DNA from: Promethearchaeota archaeon
Lineage (GTDB): Archaea > Asgardarchaeota > Hermodarchaeia > Hermodarchaeales > Hermodarchaeaceae
Length of the DNA: 32,000 nt
Direction of reading: 5' to 3'
Assembly: GCA_048938295.1 (NCBI GenBank)
Contig: JBHLMI010000015.1
Location: 1 to 32,000, forward strand
Shown: positions 1 through 8,500 of the stretch, piece after piece
How the letters are laid out: each line of letters starts with the position of its first letter
How positions within the stretch are numbered: the stretch's first letter is position 1
Program-made: the position numbers and the translations under genes
The notes under the pieces: model-generated
What the model saw: the letters and a program-made list of their open reading frames with translations, nothing else
Databases searched by the model: none
Told to the model about the DNA's origin: nothing

Positions 1-123
1 ATAGCTCAAAATTATCCCGTGTTGCAAGCCATCTTCTACATCATGGCGCTCACAGTAATTATCGCGAATTTCATCGCAGACATCCTTTACGGGTTCTTAG
101 ATCCTCGCGTTCGATATGATTGA
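1..123 (+). CDS. dppB: Oligopeptide/dipeptide ABC transporter permease OppB/DppB, C-terminal fragment (truncated by window start)
   Basis: Frame 1 translates to IAQNYPVLQAIFYIMALTVIIANFIADILYGFLDPRVRYD* (TGA 121-123). This matches the typical OppB/DppB C-terminus (xYPxxQ...AN...D.LY..LDPR). Not in the ORF track because it is partial. Confidence 0.9.
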   Translation: MAQNYPVLQAIFYIMALTVIIANFIADILYGFLDPRVRYD

Positions 124-139
124 AACAGATGGTGAAAAT

Positions 140-2224
140 ATGGTTCGATGGACTGAATATCGTGATCGACTTCTCGGATTTTGGAGAGAATACCGCAGGA
201 GTAAGATGGGACTCGCAGGCATAATTATTATCCTGTTCTTTTCCGGGATGGCCGTAACAGCACCCTTGATTATGCCCTGGCCATCACCCATTCTTCCTAA
301 CCAAGCCCCACCCATCGCCGCTCCCATATGGCTCCTGCCATTAAACCCCATTGGCTTCACCACCGTATACCCAATAGAAAATAGTCATTTTGATTCAAAC
401 GCCGACGGATGGCTGTTTAATGAGACCATAACTTCGGAAGGGTATAATGTAGTGAATAATTCACAGTTCGATAATGACGCAGATGGGTGGTCACCTCTGG
501 TATTCAACCCAGCCGGAATAACGACCACATCGTATAATCCCTCCGAAGGTTCGGATTTATCGGATGGAAGTGGCCCTGGCTGCTACGAATTCACCTATAA
601 TGATCAATTTACTGGACTGGCTTATGGCCAAACCGATATCTTCCTTGACTATGACTTTACGTGGCTTGCTGATCGGTTTCCACCTGGACTCATGAGTGCC
701 CATCCCTCTAACGTTATCATTACCTATTCGATCAAATACAATCTTGACAATACGCCCGACCAAGTTCAGAATACCGAGTCAATCTTCAGTGTCGAGATGA
801 TAAATTCCACAGGAACTACTGCTGAAGTCTATTCTAGACGCTATATTACAACAGGTGATCGTCCATGGTCTCCTCGAACTGATGCGATGAACTCTTCGGA
901 TATTTCTATGATCTTTACTGCCACTGACCTGATAGCCTTACGCTTCCATCTCCAAATTTGGAATCCCATCGCGTGGGACACACCTACCATCACTCTTCGA
1001 TTAGATGACATTCAATGCCAAATTCGTGCATCCTATGCAGATCCATTGAATAATACTTTGATGACTGGTGCCTTCACAGCAACTGATGGTAGTAATGCGA
1101 GCGGACCCGGAAGCTATCACTTTGTCTTTGAAGATAATGATAACACAACCGCCCATTTTGGTTCAACAGCATGGATTCAGTATCAGTTTTCATGGAATAT
1201 ACTGGATAGCCCTGAAGAAGTCTATTTCACCTACTATTACCGGCTTCAAGCTGAGGGCGGTTGGGGCGATACATACGTAAACATCATTCAAGAATGCTAT
1301 TCGGAAAACACCGGAGAAATGATTCAGATTTATTATTCTGATAATATCAGAGCAGATCGCCCTTGGCAACAAGGACCAAGAGTACGCTGGAATGTCTTCG
1401 AAAGAAGCGCCACCTTTGGTCAACGAGGAAACTTAAATATCTACTTCCGTGTATTAATCACCGATCCAACCCCCGAGGATACAGCCAAGATAACCATTGG
1501 TGTTGACGATTGTGTCCTAGAGGTTTGGGGGAACTATTATGGATATCTTGGTGCCGGTGTCTATGGTGAGGACTTATTCGCTCAACTACTTTGGGGATCA
1601 AGAATTGCACTAATTGTCGGTCTTTCCGCTGCCTTTATTGCAACTTTTGTTGGTCTCATCGTTGGCCTAATTGCGGGCTACTTTGGTGGTCTAGTTGACG
1701 AAGTCTTGATGCGAATCACCGACTTCTTCTTAGTCATCCCTGGGCTCCCATTGATGATTGTATTAGCAGCCATTCTCGAACCAAGATGGTATAATATCGT
1801 CTTGGTCATTGCACTGGTCGGATGGACAGGAACTGCTAGGCTAGTCCGATCACAAGCATTAGCTGAAAGGCAAAAGGCTTACGTTGAAGCCGCTCATGCA
1901 ATTGGTGCAAGTGATCTCTACATCATCTTTCGTCATATACTCCCCAACGTTACCCCGCTTCTCTTTGCCCAAATCACCCTGGGTGTTGCTGGAGCAATTC
2001 TGTCGGAAGCAGGACTGAGCTTCTTAGGACTCACTAACCCATACGATGTCAGTTGGGGTCGAATGCTCCAAGCCGCCGCATCTGGCGGAGCCTACACACA
2101 AGGGGCTTGGTGGTATCTCTTCTTCCCTGGCACGTGCATCGTGCTACTCGCCATGTCCTTTACCCTAGTCGGCTATGCAGTCGATGAAATTCTCAACCCG
2201 CGACTACGAATTCGAAAGCAATAA
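140..2224 (+). CDS. dppC: Oligopeptide/dipeptide ABC transporter permease OppC/DppC with a ~390-aa extracellular insert
   Basis: The N-terminal TM helix is preceded by 'FWREYRRSKMGLAG'. The C-terminal core has LG...GEDLFAQLLWGSRIAL, 'DEVLMRITDFFLVIPGLPL', the EAA loop 'YVEAAHAIGAS..YIIFRHILPN' and 'LDEILNPR'. The track starts at 116; ATG 140 is preferred because of the GGTGA SD at 131-135. Confidence 0.9.
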   Translation: MVRWTEYRDRLLGFWREYRRSKMGLAGIIIILFFSGMAVTAPLIMPWPSPILPNQAPPIAAPIWLLPLNPIGFTTVYPIENSHFDSNADGWLFNETITSEGYNVVNNSQFDNDADGWSPLVFNPAGITTTSYNPSEGSDLSDGSGPGCYEFTYNDQFTGLAYGQTDIFLDYDFTWLADRFPPGLMSAHPSNVIITYSIKYNLDNTPDQVQNTESIFSVEMINSTGTTAEVYSRRYITTGDRPWSPRTDAMNSSDISMIFTATDLIALRFHLQIWNPIAWDTPTITLRLDDIQCQIRASYADPLNNTLMTGAFTATDGSNASGPGSYHFVFEDNDNTTAHFGSTAWIQYQFSWNILDSPEEVYFTYYYRLQAEGGWGDTYVNIIQECYSENTGEMIQIYYSDNIRADRPWQQGPRVRWNVFERSATFGQRGNLNIYFRVLITDPTPEDTAKITIGVDDCVLEVWGNYYGYLGAGVYGEDLFAQLLWGSRIALIVGLSAAFIATFVGLIVGLIAGYFGGLVDEVLMRITDFFLVIPGLPLMIVLAAILEPRWYNIVLVIALVGWTGTARLVRSQALAERQKAYVEAAHAIGASDLYIIFRHILPNVTPLLFAQITLGVAGAILSEAGLSFLGLTNPYDVSWGRMLQAAASGGAYTQGAWWYLFFPGTCIVLLAMSFTLVGYAVDEILNPRLRIRKQ

Positions 2225-2237
2225 GGAGGAAACTAAG

Positions 2238-3212
2238 GTGACATTATTAGAAGTAAATCATCTCAAAGCATACTTCTTCCTTGAAGTAGGTGAAGTCAAA
2301 GCAGTGGACGATGTTTCGTTTACACTTGACCGAGGGGAAACCTTAGGACTAGCAGGCGAATCGGGCTGTGGAAAATCGACGACAGCGTATGCATTACTAA
2401 ATCTTCTTCCTTACCCAGGACGTATTGTCTCTGGAGAAGTGATTCTCGATGGCGAAGATTTGACCAAGAAAACCCCTGATCAGATGCGCCAAATTCGTTG
2501 GGAAGAAATCTCCATGGTTTTTCAAGGAGCAATGAATGCCCTCAACCCAGTTCTTCGAATTGGTGACCAAATCGTTGAAGCGATCACCCTCCATGAAGAC
2601 GTCTCTGTCGATGAAGCCTACAAGAAGATGGAAGATATTCTTGAAGTGGTCGGTGTTGACCCAACCCGTGCACATAATTATCCCCATGAATTCAGTGGTG
2701 GTATGAAACAACGTGTCATGATTGCCATGGCGCTTGTAACCGAACCAAAAGTCCTTATTGCAGACGAACCAACCACTGCTCTCGATGTTACTGTTGAAGC
2801 CCAAGTCCTCAAACTCCTAAAGAGCCTCCAAAAGAAATTCCAGCTCTCAGTAATCCTAATCACTCATGATCTGGCCACCATTGCTGAAGCCTGCGACCGA
2901 GTAGCCATAATGTACGCAGGACAAATCATCGAACTAGCAGATGTTGTTCCAATCTACAAAGAACGACTTCACCCATACACAGAGGGCTTAATTCGATCTA
3001 TACCAAGTCTCCTGGGCACAGAACACCTTGTAAATATTCCGGGATCTCCTCCGGGTCTGGTTACTCCTCCTACTGGATGTCGCTTCCATTCCCGATGCCC
3101 AGTCGCCACGGAAATCTGTCTTCAGCAACCGGAGTTTCGAGAAATTAAAAAGAACCACTTCATTGCATGTCATCATGCGGACCAACTATGGGGTAAAAAC
3201 GTTTGGAAGTAA
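2238..3212 (+). CDS. dppD: Oligopeptide/dipeptide ABC transporter ATP-binding protein OppD/DppD
   Basis: Walker A GESGCGKS, signature 'YPHEFSGGMKQR', Walker B 'LIADEPTTALD', H-loop LITHD, and C-terminal oligo_HPY domain 'HPYTEGL...GCRFHSRC'. Start re-assigned to in-frame GTG 2238 behind GGAGG (2225-2229); the track start is 2175. Confidence 0.93.
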   Translation: MTLLEVNHLKAYFFLEVGEVKAVDDVSFTLDRGETLGLAGESGCGKSTTAYALLNLLPYPGRIVSGEVILDGEDLTKKTPDQMRQIRWEEISMVFQGAMNALNPVLRIGDQIVEAITLHEDVSVDEAYKKMEDILEVVGVDPTRAHNYPHEFSGGMKQRVMIAMALVTEPKVLIADEPTTALDVTVEAQVLKLLKSLQKKFQLSVILITHDLATIAEACDRVAIMYAGQIIELADVVPIYKERLHPYTEGLIRSIPSLLGTEHLVNIPGSPPGLVTPPTGCRFHSRCPVATEICLQQPEFREIKKNHFIACHHADQLWGKNVWK

Positions 3213-4237
3213 TTACTGTGACATCAACAGAAGCGCTAATAGAAGTCCGTAACCTGAAGAAATACTTCCCTGTTCGACGTGGATTCGTTGCTCAAATGGT
3301 TAGCCGAGAGCAAATCTGGGTCAAGGCCGTTGACGATGTGTCCTTTGATATCAGAAAAAATGAGGTCTTTGTGCTTGCAGGGGAATCCGGATGTGGGAAA
3401 ACTACAACAGGACGCGTATTACTAAACCTCACTCCACCAACTGAGGGAAGTATAACCTATAACGGTATGGACCTTGCCACCATCACTAAACAAGAAATGA
3501 AGGCACTCAGGCCAAAATTACAGATCATTTTCCAAGATCCCTATGAAAGTCTTAATCCACGATTGAGCATCCATGATAGCATAGGAGAAGCACTTCAAGT
3601 CAACCGCCTAGTTGAAAATCGCGACGATCTACTACAGCGGATTAAAATGGCTATGGAAGACGTACGGCTTATTCCTCCTGAAGACTTCATTTACCGGTAT
3701 CCACACATGCTCAGTGGTGGACAACGTCAACGTGTAGTGATTGCCCGTGCCATTGTTACACAACCTGAATTCATTGTAGCCGATGAGCCTGTTTCGATGC
3801 TTGACGCCTCTATTCGGGCAGAGATTCTCCATCTTCTAAAGGACTTGATTAAAAAATACGATCTAACCTACCTATACATTACCCACGACCTCGCTTCTGC
3901 CCGTTTTATCGGTGATCGGATCGCTATCATGTACTTGGGCAAAATTGTTGAATACGGACCTGTTGGTCGAGTAATCGATAATCCCAAACATCAATACACG
4001 GCAATTCTTATTTCAGCCGTTCCTATCCCCGATCCAACACTTTCACACACTCGTAGAGCGCCCGTTGGCGAAGTCCCTTCACCAATAAATCCGCCACCAG
4101 GCTGCCGGTTTCATACTCGCTGTACCATGGCAGATGAGCAATGCCGCCAGGAAGAACCACCTTTCAAAGAAGTGGAGCCTCACCATTTTGCTGCCTGCTG
4201 GCATTGGTTTGACCCGAAGCAATGGGAAGACGAATAG
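3203..4237 (+). CDS. dppF: Oligopeptide/dipeptide ABC transporter ATP-binding protein OppF/DppF
   Basis: GESGCGKT, 'QIIFQDPYESLNPR', 'YPHMLSGGQRQR', 'VADEPVSMLD', 'YITHDL', C-terminal 'GCRFHTRC'. Start is either TTG 3203 or GTG 3218. Confidence 0.93.
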   Translation: MEVITVTSTEALIEVRNLKKYFPVRRGFVAQMVSREQIWVKAVDDVSFDIRKNEVFVLAGESGCGKTTTGRVLLNLTPPTEGSITYNGMDLATITKQEMKALRPKLQIIFQDPYESLNPRLSIHDSIGEALQVNRLVENRDDLLQRIKMAMEDVRLIPPEDFIYRYPHMLSGGQRQRVVIARAIVTQPEFIVADEPVSMLDASIRAEILHLLKDLIKKYDLTYLYITHDLASARFIGDRIAIMYLGKIVEYGPVGRVIDNPKHQYTAILISAVPIPDPTLSHTRRAPVGEVPSPINPPPGCRFHTRCTMADEQCRQEEPPFKEVEPHHFAACWHWFDPKQWEDE

Positions 4238-4279
4238 CTTTCAACAATTCAAAAGTCAAATTGATGCAAGAGCAAGCTA

Positions 4280-5050
4280 TTAGTTCGTTTTCTTGCTGAA
4301 TAGTTGGTGAACAACTTTTGGATCTTGAGGGGTCGTTCGCTTCAAGTACTTCTGTTGAGAAAACATTTCGAAAAATTCAGCCATTTCACGAAGTTTGCCA
4401 GAGATATCCAAAATTGTTCGTTTCTCAATTTCTTCTTGTTTGATTACCACTTCGATATTCTCAAAGGAAGCATCAATAAGATGCTCTTGGGCATCCGCAG
4501 ATTTAGGGGGTCGTCCAGCAGCAAGGTTACTAAATATTATTGCTAGACCTGAATAGATCTCCTTAATGGATTCAAGGGTGCCAGTGTATTGTTTTCCCTG
4601 CAACAATTGATACGTGACAGCGCGTTGTAAGTCCTCCATGACATATCGTTTACCTTCCGGATATTCAACTGTAATTTCCGGTGGAAGGAGAATTGGATCG
4701 ATTAAGCGGAGTGCATACATATCGGCTTCCACTTCAGAGATTCCGGATGCTAATAACGCATTTCGCATTTCTCTGCGAGCGTAATGCCACACCAGGTCGG
4801 CATTGATGTGCTGTCCATCGGGAATAATAATGAAATGTAAGCTGATTCCCAAGCCGTATTGGCTCTTAGGTCCACTTAGTAGGAATGGGCTTCCCGTATC
4901 TATCGGTAAGGATGCAATCTCAGGATTTTCAGATTCACGAATCTTACGCGGAACCGTTGTTTGAAACAATTTGAGTAGAGGAATGAAGAGCGTTGAAGAG
5001 GGTGGCTTACGTTTCCGACGATAAAAGAAAGACAATGATATAGACTCCAC
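4280..5050 (-). CDS. Hypothetical protein (256 aa, soluble, no recognised family)
   Basis: Long ORF that fills the space between dppF (convergent) and the wHTH gene 40 bp upstream on the same strand. No motif recognised. Confidence 0.65.
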   Translation of the reverse strand: MESISLSFFYRRKRKPPSSTLFIPLLKLFQTTVPRKIRESENPEIASLPIDTGSPFLLSGPKSQYGLGISLHFIIIPDGQHINADLVWHYARREMRNALLASGISEVEADMYALRLIDPILLPPEITVEYPEGKRYVMEDLQRAVTYQLLQGKQYTGTLESIKEIYSGLAIIFSNLAAGRPPKSADAQEHLIDASFENIEVVIKQEEIEKRTILDISGKLREMAEFFEMFSQQKYLKRTTPQDPKVVHQLFSKKTN

Positions 5051-5090
5051 ATTGAGGAATGCTGAGACCTACTCATGGGAATACATAATG

Positions 5091-5330
5091 CTAACGGTTC
5101 ATTCGCCGTTCAATGTGAAGCATGAAGAGCGTTTGGCGCAAGTCAGTCAGGTTAGGAACACGGGCAACCACGCCTTCAGCAACGAGACGTTTCAATGCAT
5201 AGCGGACTGTCCGGGGGGCAAGATTTGTGTTTTCGACGATATCCTTACTCGTCATTGGACCATTACTTTTAATGACGCGGATAATCTTCGAGGCGCTAGG
5301 CGGTTCCTTAAAACTTTTAAACCATTTCAC
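5091..5330 (-). CDS. Small winged helix-turn-helix transcriptional regulator (archaeal MarR/ArsR-like)
   Basis: 'PPSASKIIRVIKSNGPMTSKDIVENTNLAPRTVRYALKRLVAEGVVARVPNLTDLRQTLF' is a classic archaeal wHTH pattern with a 'D.RQ' wing. A BRE/TATA element lies about 30 nt upstream of the GTG start. Confidence 0.85.
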   Translation of the reverse strand: MKWFKSFKEPPSASKIIRVIKSNGPMTSKDIVENTNLAPRTVRYALKRLVAEGVVARVPNLTDLRQTLFMLHIERRMNR

Positions 5331-5359
5331 ATTGCCACCCTTTCTGTTCTTTGCGGTTC

Positions 5360-5377
5360 TTTTTTAAAAGCATTTCG
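5360..5377 (-). promoter_or_regulatory. Archaeal BRE + TATA promoter for the wHTH gene
   Basis: Minus strand reads CGAAATG-C-TTTTAAAAAA, about 30 nt upstream of GTG 5330. Confidence 0.55.
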
Positions 5378-5467
5378 AATCCGGAAACGACAATAGCCGA
5401 AGAAATCATCGCCAATTCACTGTCAGCTTTTAAAGGATTCACGGTTGAGCGGAAAATACACATTAAC

Positions 5468-5477
5468 CTATAAAAAG
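5468..5477 (+). promoter_or_regulatory. Candidate TATA box for the S8 protease gene
   Basis: CTATAAAAAG about 55 nt upstream of ATG 5533 in the divergent intergenic region. Confidence 0.4.
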
Positions 5478-5532
5478 CCCATCCACCCCACTATCCGCAA
5501 CCCTACTGTAAAGTAGGACAACGGATGGAAAA

Positions 5533-8500
5533 ATGAAAATGAAACATTACGTGCTTCTTAGAACACGTTCTATGACTTCTCTGACATTTTCAGCGTTACT
5601 CATTGCTTCAATGTTTGTCGGTATTACTGCTGTACCAATGGCAAACCTAATGCAATCAATGTTCACTCCGACATTACCTGGACCAATGGAACAGTATCGC
5701 CCGCTCTTTGAAGGAGCTGATCAACCCAATCCAGGTGGAACAAGTAAACTAGCGAACTTTGAGAAAAACCTGCATAGCTATCTCCAAACTGGTGTCATTC
5801 CAGAAGGAGTCTTAAAAACACCCAATGGCATGAGCATTATGCTCGGTGCAGGGTATCAAATCGACTTAGCAGAACTCAGTGAGCATATGAAGATCAACCA
5901 TGTCTTGGACATGGGTATTGGCTACATGGTTCTCGGTGCTGTGAATTCACCGTATCACCTACGGCTTATCGATGCGATGGACTACACGGGCCTTATCATG
6001 GCTGATGAAATCCTGCACACACCTGATATGACCTATATTGATCCTGGTCCTGGTGTCGACAACTTCATGGTCCGGGAAATCATCCAAGCTGATATGGCTA
6101 ATAGTGCGGGATATGACGGAGCTGGTTCCGTTATCGGTGTCGTTGATACAGGAATTGATCATACCCTCACTGACTTGGCAACAGCTTATCATACCAACAG
6201 TTCTGGCTACCCAACTGCCTTTGATCCTGGTGGAATGGGAATCGCCATAACCGACTGGTCTGGCTCACCCGTGAGTGGTTACCTCCTCACAGGCGGCTAT
6301 GACTTTGAAATTGTCTGGTCATACTATCCTTATGGCGGGCTGGTCCGTTACACCTACAGCACCTACGAAGTGGTTGCTGACAACTTCTGGGTTGGCGTTG
6401 GTATGAGTGCGATTCCAAGTCTGTCAGGCACTTACAAAGTTGGAACCTGTTTAATGTCATCAGATCCTGGAGAACCACGGACACGCCAGTTCGTCTTCTT
6501 CATGCTGACGGACCCGAACTCAGCCGGTGTTTATGACACCATGTACATCGACTGGGAAACCTCTCTTGCAGTTTCAGCTGATTACAACGGCTGGGCTACC
6601 CCACCACTGCCAGCGGACTGGGACTTCACCAACAACATCCTTAACGGCAAATACGACTATGATCCACTCACTCCTGAACCATTCTTGATGGCCTATGATT
6701 CCAACGGTGATGGCTACAATGACTTCGGTCTAGGTCTCTTAGCCACTACCTATGACCTCTTTGGCTTCATTACTGGTGAAATGGTTTCTGGAATTGATCC
6801 TGCTGGAGGTGGCTTTGCCTACTTCTACGATGATGGAGCCCACGGAACCAGCGTCGCTGGTGCCGCTGCTGGTCGAGGAATTCAACCCTTCGATGTCTAT
6901 GGGAATGGGACGGATTATTACTTGACTGGTGTTGCTCCAGCTGCTGAACTCATGGGTCTGAAGCTATTCTCCTTTGGCAGCGAATTTGAATGCTGGGCAT
7001 GGGGTGCCGGATGGCGGCCAATCACTAAAGACCTGCCCACTGGCACCTATGAAGATTGGGCTCACACCATCTACATGCCTGGATGGGATGAGTCAAACCA
7101 AGCACACATTCTCACCAACTCATGGGGATATATCCTGTGGGAATTTGGTGATGATAACTACTTCTACAGTGTTGACTGGGCTTCCTTTGCCATGGACTAC
7201 TTTAGCACAGGTTGTTTAGGCTATCCCTATCATAACGCTACAGGCAGCTATTTGAGCAACCCCGACTTCCCAGATGGTGCTATTGCGGACTCACCACTCT
7301 TTATATTCTCGAGTGGTAACGCTGGCCCTGGTTACTCAACAGCTGGTAGTCCTGTGAGCGCCTCCTGTTTGACAGTTGGTGCAAGTACGACTCACCACTA
7401 CGCTGAGCAAATCTACAACCCTGATCTCGAATTCGGCCCACAAGGCTACGACCAAATGGCTTTCTACTCTAGTAACGGTCCAACACCATCAGCACTTCCC
7501 AAACCGGATGTTGTCGCTCCCGGCCTTTCTGGGTTCGAAGTGACACCACTCTGGCGTGCGAGAACCCTAGGTACCGAAGCCTTCCGCACCTTTGGTGGAA
7601 CCAGTATGGCCGCACCCATCACCGCTGGTGTAGCTGCCCTGGTTGTCGAAGCTATGGACGATGGACCCTTCGGTCCTTGGCCAGTCATAGGTGATTATCC
7701 TGTGTCATTGCCATATGGATTTGATGGCGGATTGATTAAAACCATAATCAAATCTACCACCGATGACATCGGTCATGCCGTGCTACGCCAAGGATCTGGT
7801 CGAGTGAATGCCTACAAGGCAGTAGCGATGGCTGTAGGTAATGAAACCCTTACCCCAGCCGGAACAGATTATCTGCTTCAGCTATGGTGTAATAACACCT
7901 TCATGAACTATGCAATCGGCTATCAGACGGATACTTCTGTAACTGACAGCTGGATACACAATGCCACCCTTGCTATCGCACGAACCGGTAACTCACCATA
8001 CAATGACCCCAACACCTTCACCGGTGCTTGGTACTGGATCATGATGAGTGGTTATGATGCACCTTACACACCCAGTGCCGCCTATATGCACCCAGGTTCT
8101 CATGGTCTTTGGGCTCCCAATGTGACCATGATGGATGCAGGCTTCATGACCTATGCTATGAATCCAGGTGATACACAAGATGTTGGATTCATTGCAGCCA
8201 CAGGTGGATTAAATGATATCACTGGCGGAGTTGATGCTGAATGGTATGAACTCGTCGGTGAAGAGAGTGCCTCTTTCTTCTCGACAGCCCCAGCAACGGC
8301 TTATCCACTGTTCGGTTCATATCCAGGGATTAACAACTTCGATGCTGCATTCGCTGCAGACTTCCTAGCTGCCGATTATGCAGTCATCACCCTGACTTAC
8401 GATGCAGGGATCTTCAAGGATCTCTGGGACTTCACCAACGAATACTATTATGGTGGTGACACCAACTACTGCTTCCTCTTTGACTGGAACGACACCAACA

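Noticed and set aside
2175-2237. N-terminal extension of dppD given by the ORF track
   Set aside because: It overlaps the dppC 3' end. GTG 2238 with a GGAGG SD gives a normal OppD N-terminus.
5052-5396. 114-aa plus-strand ORF
   Set aside because: Antisense shadow of the well-supported wHTH gene and its promoter.
6160-6840. Possible intein in the S8 Asp-His insertion
   Set aside because: No N-terminal Cys/Ser block, no His-Asn/Cys-Ser-Thr junction and no LAGLIDADG motif. It fits a pyrolysin-type insert.
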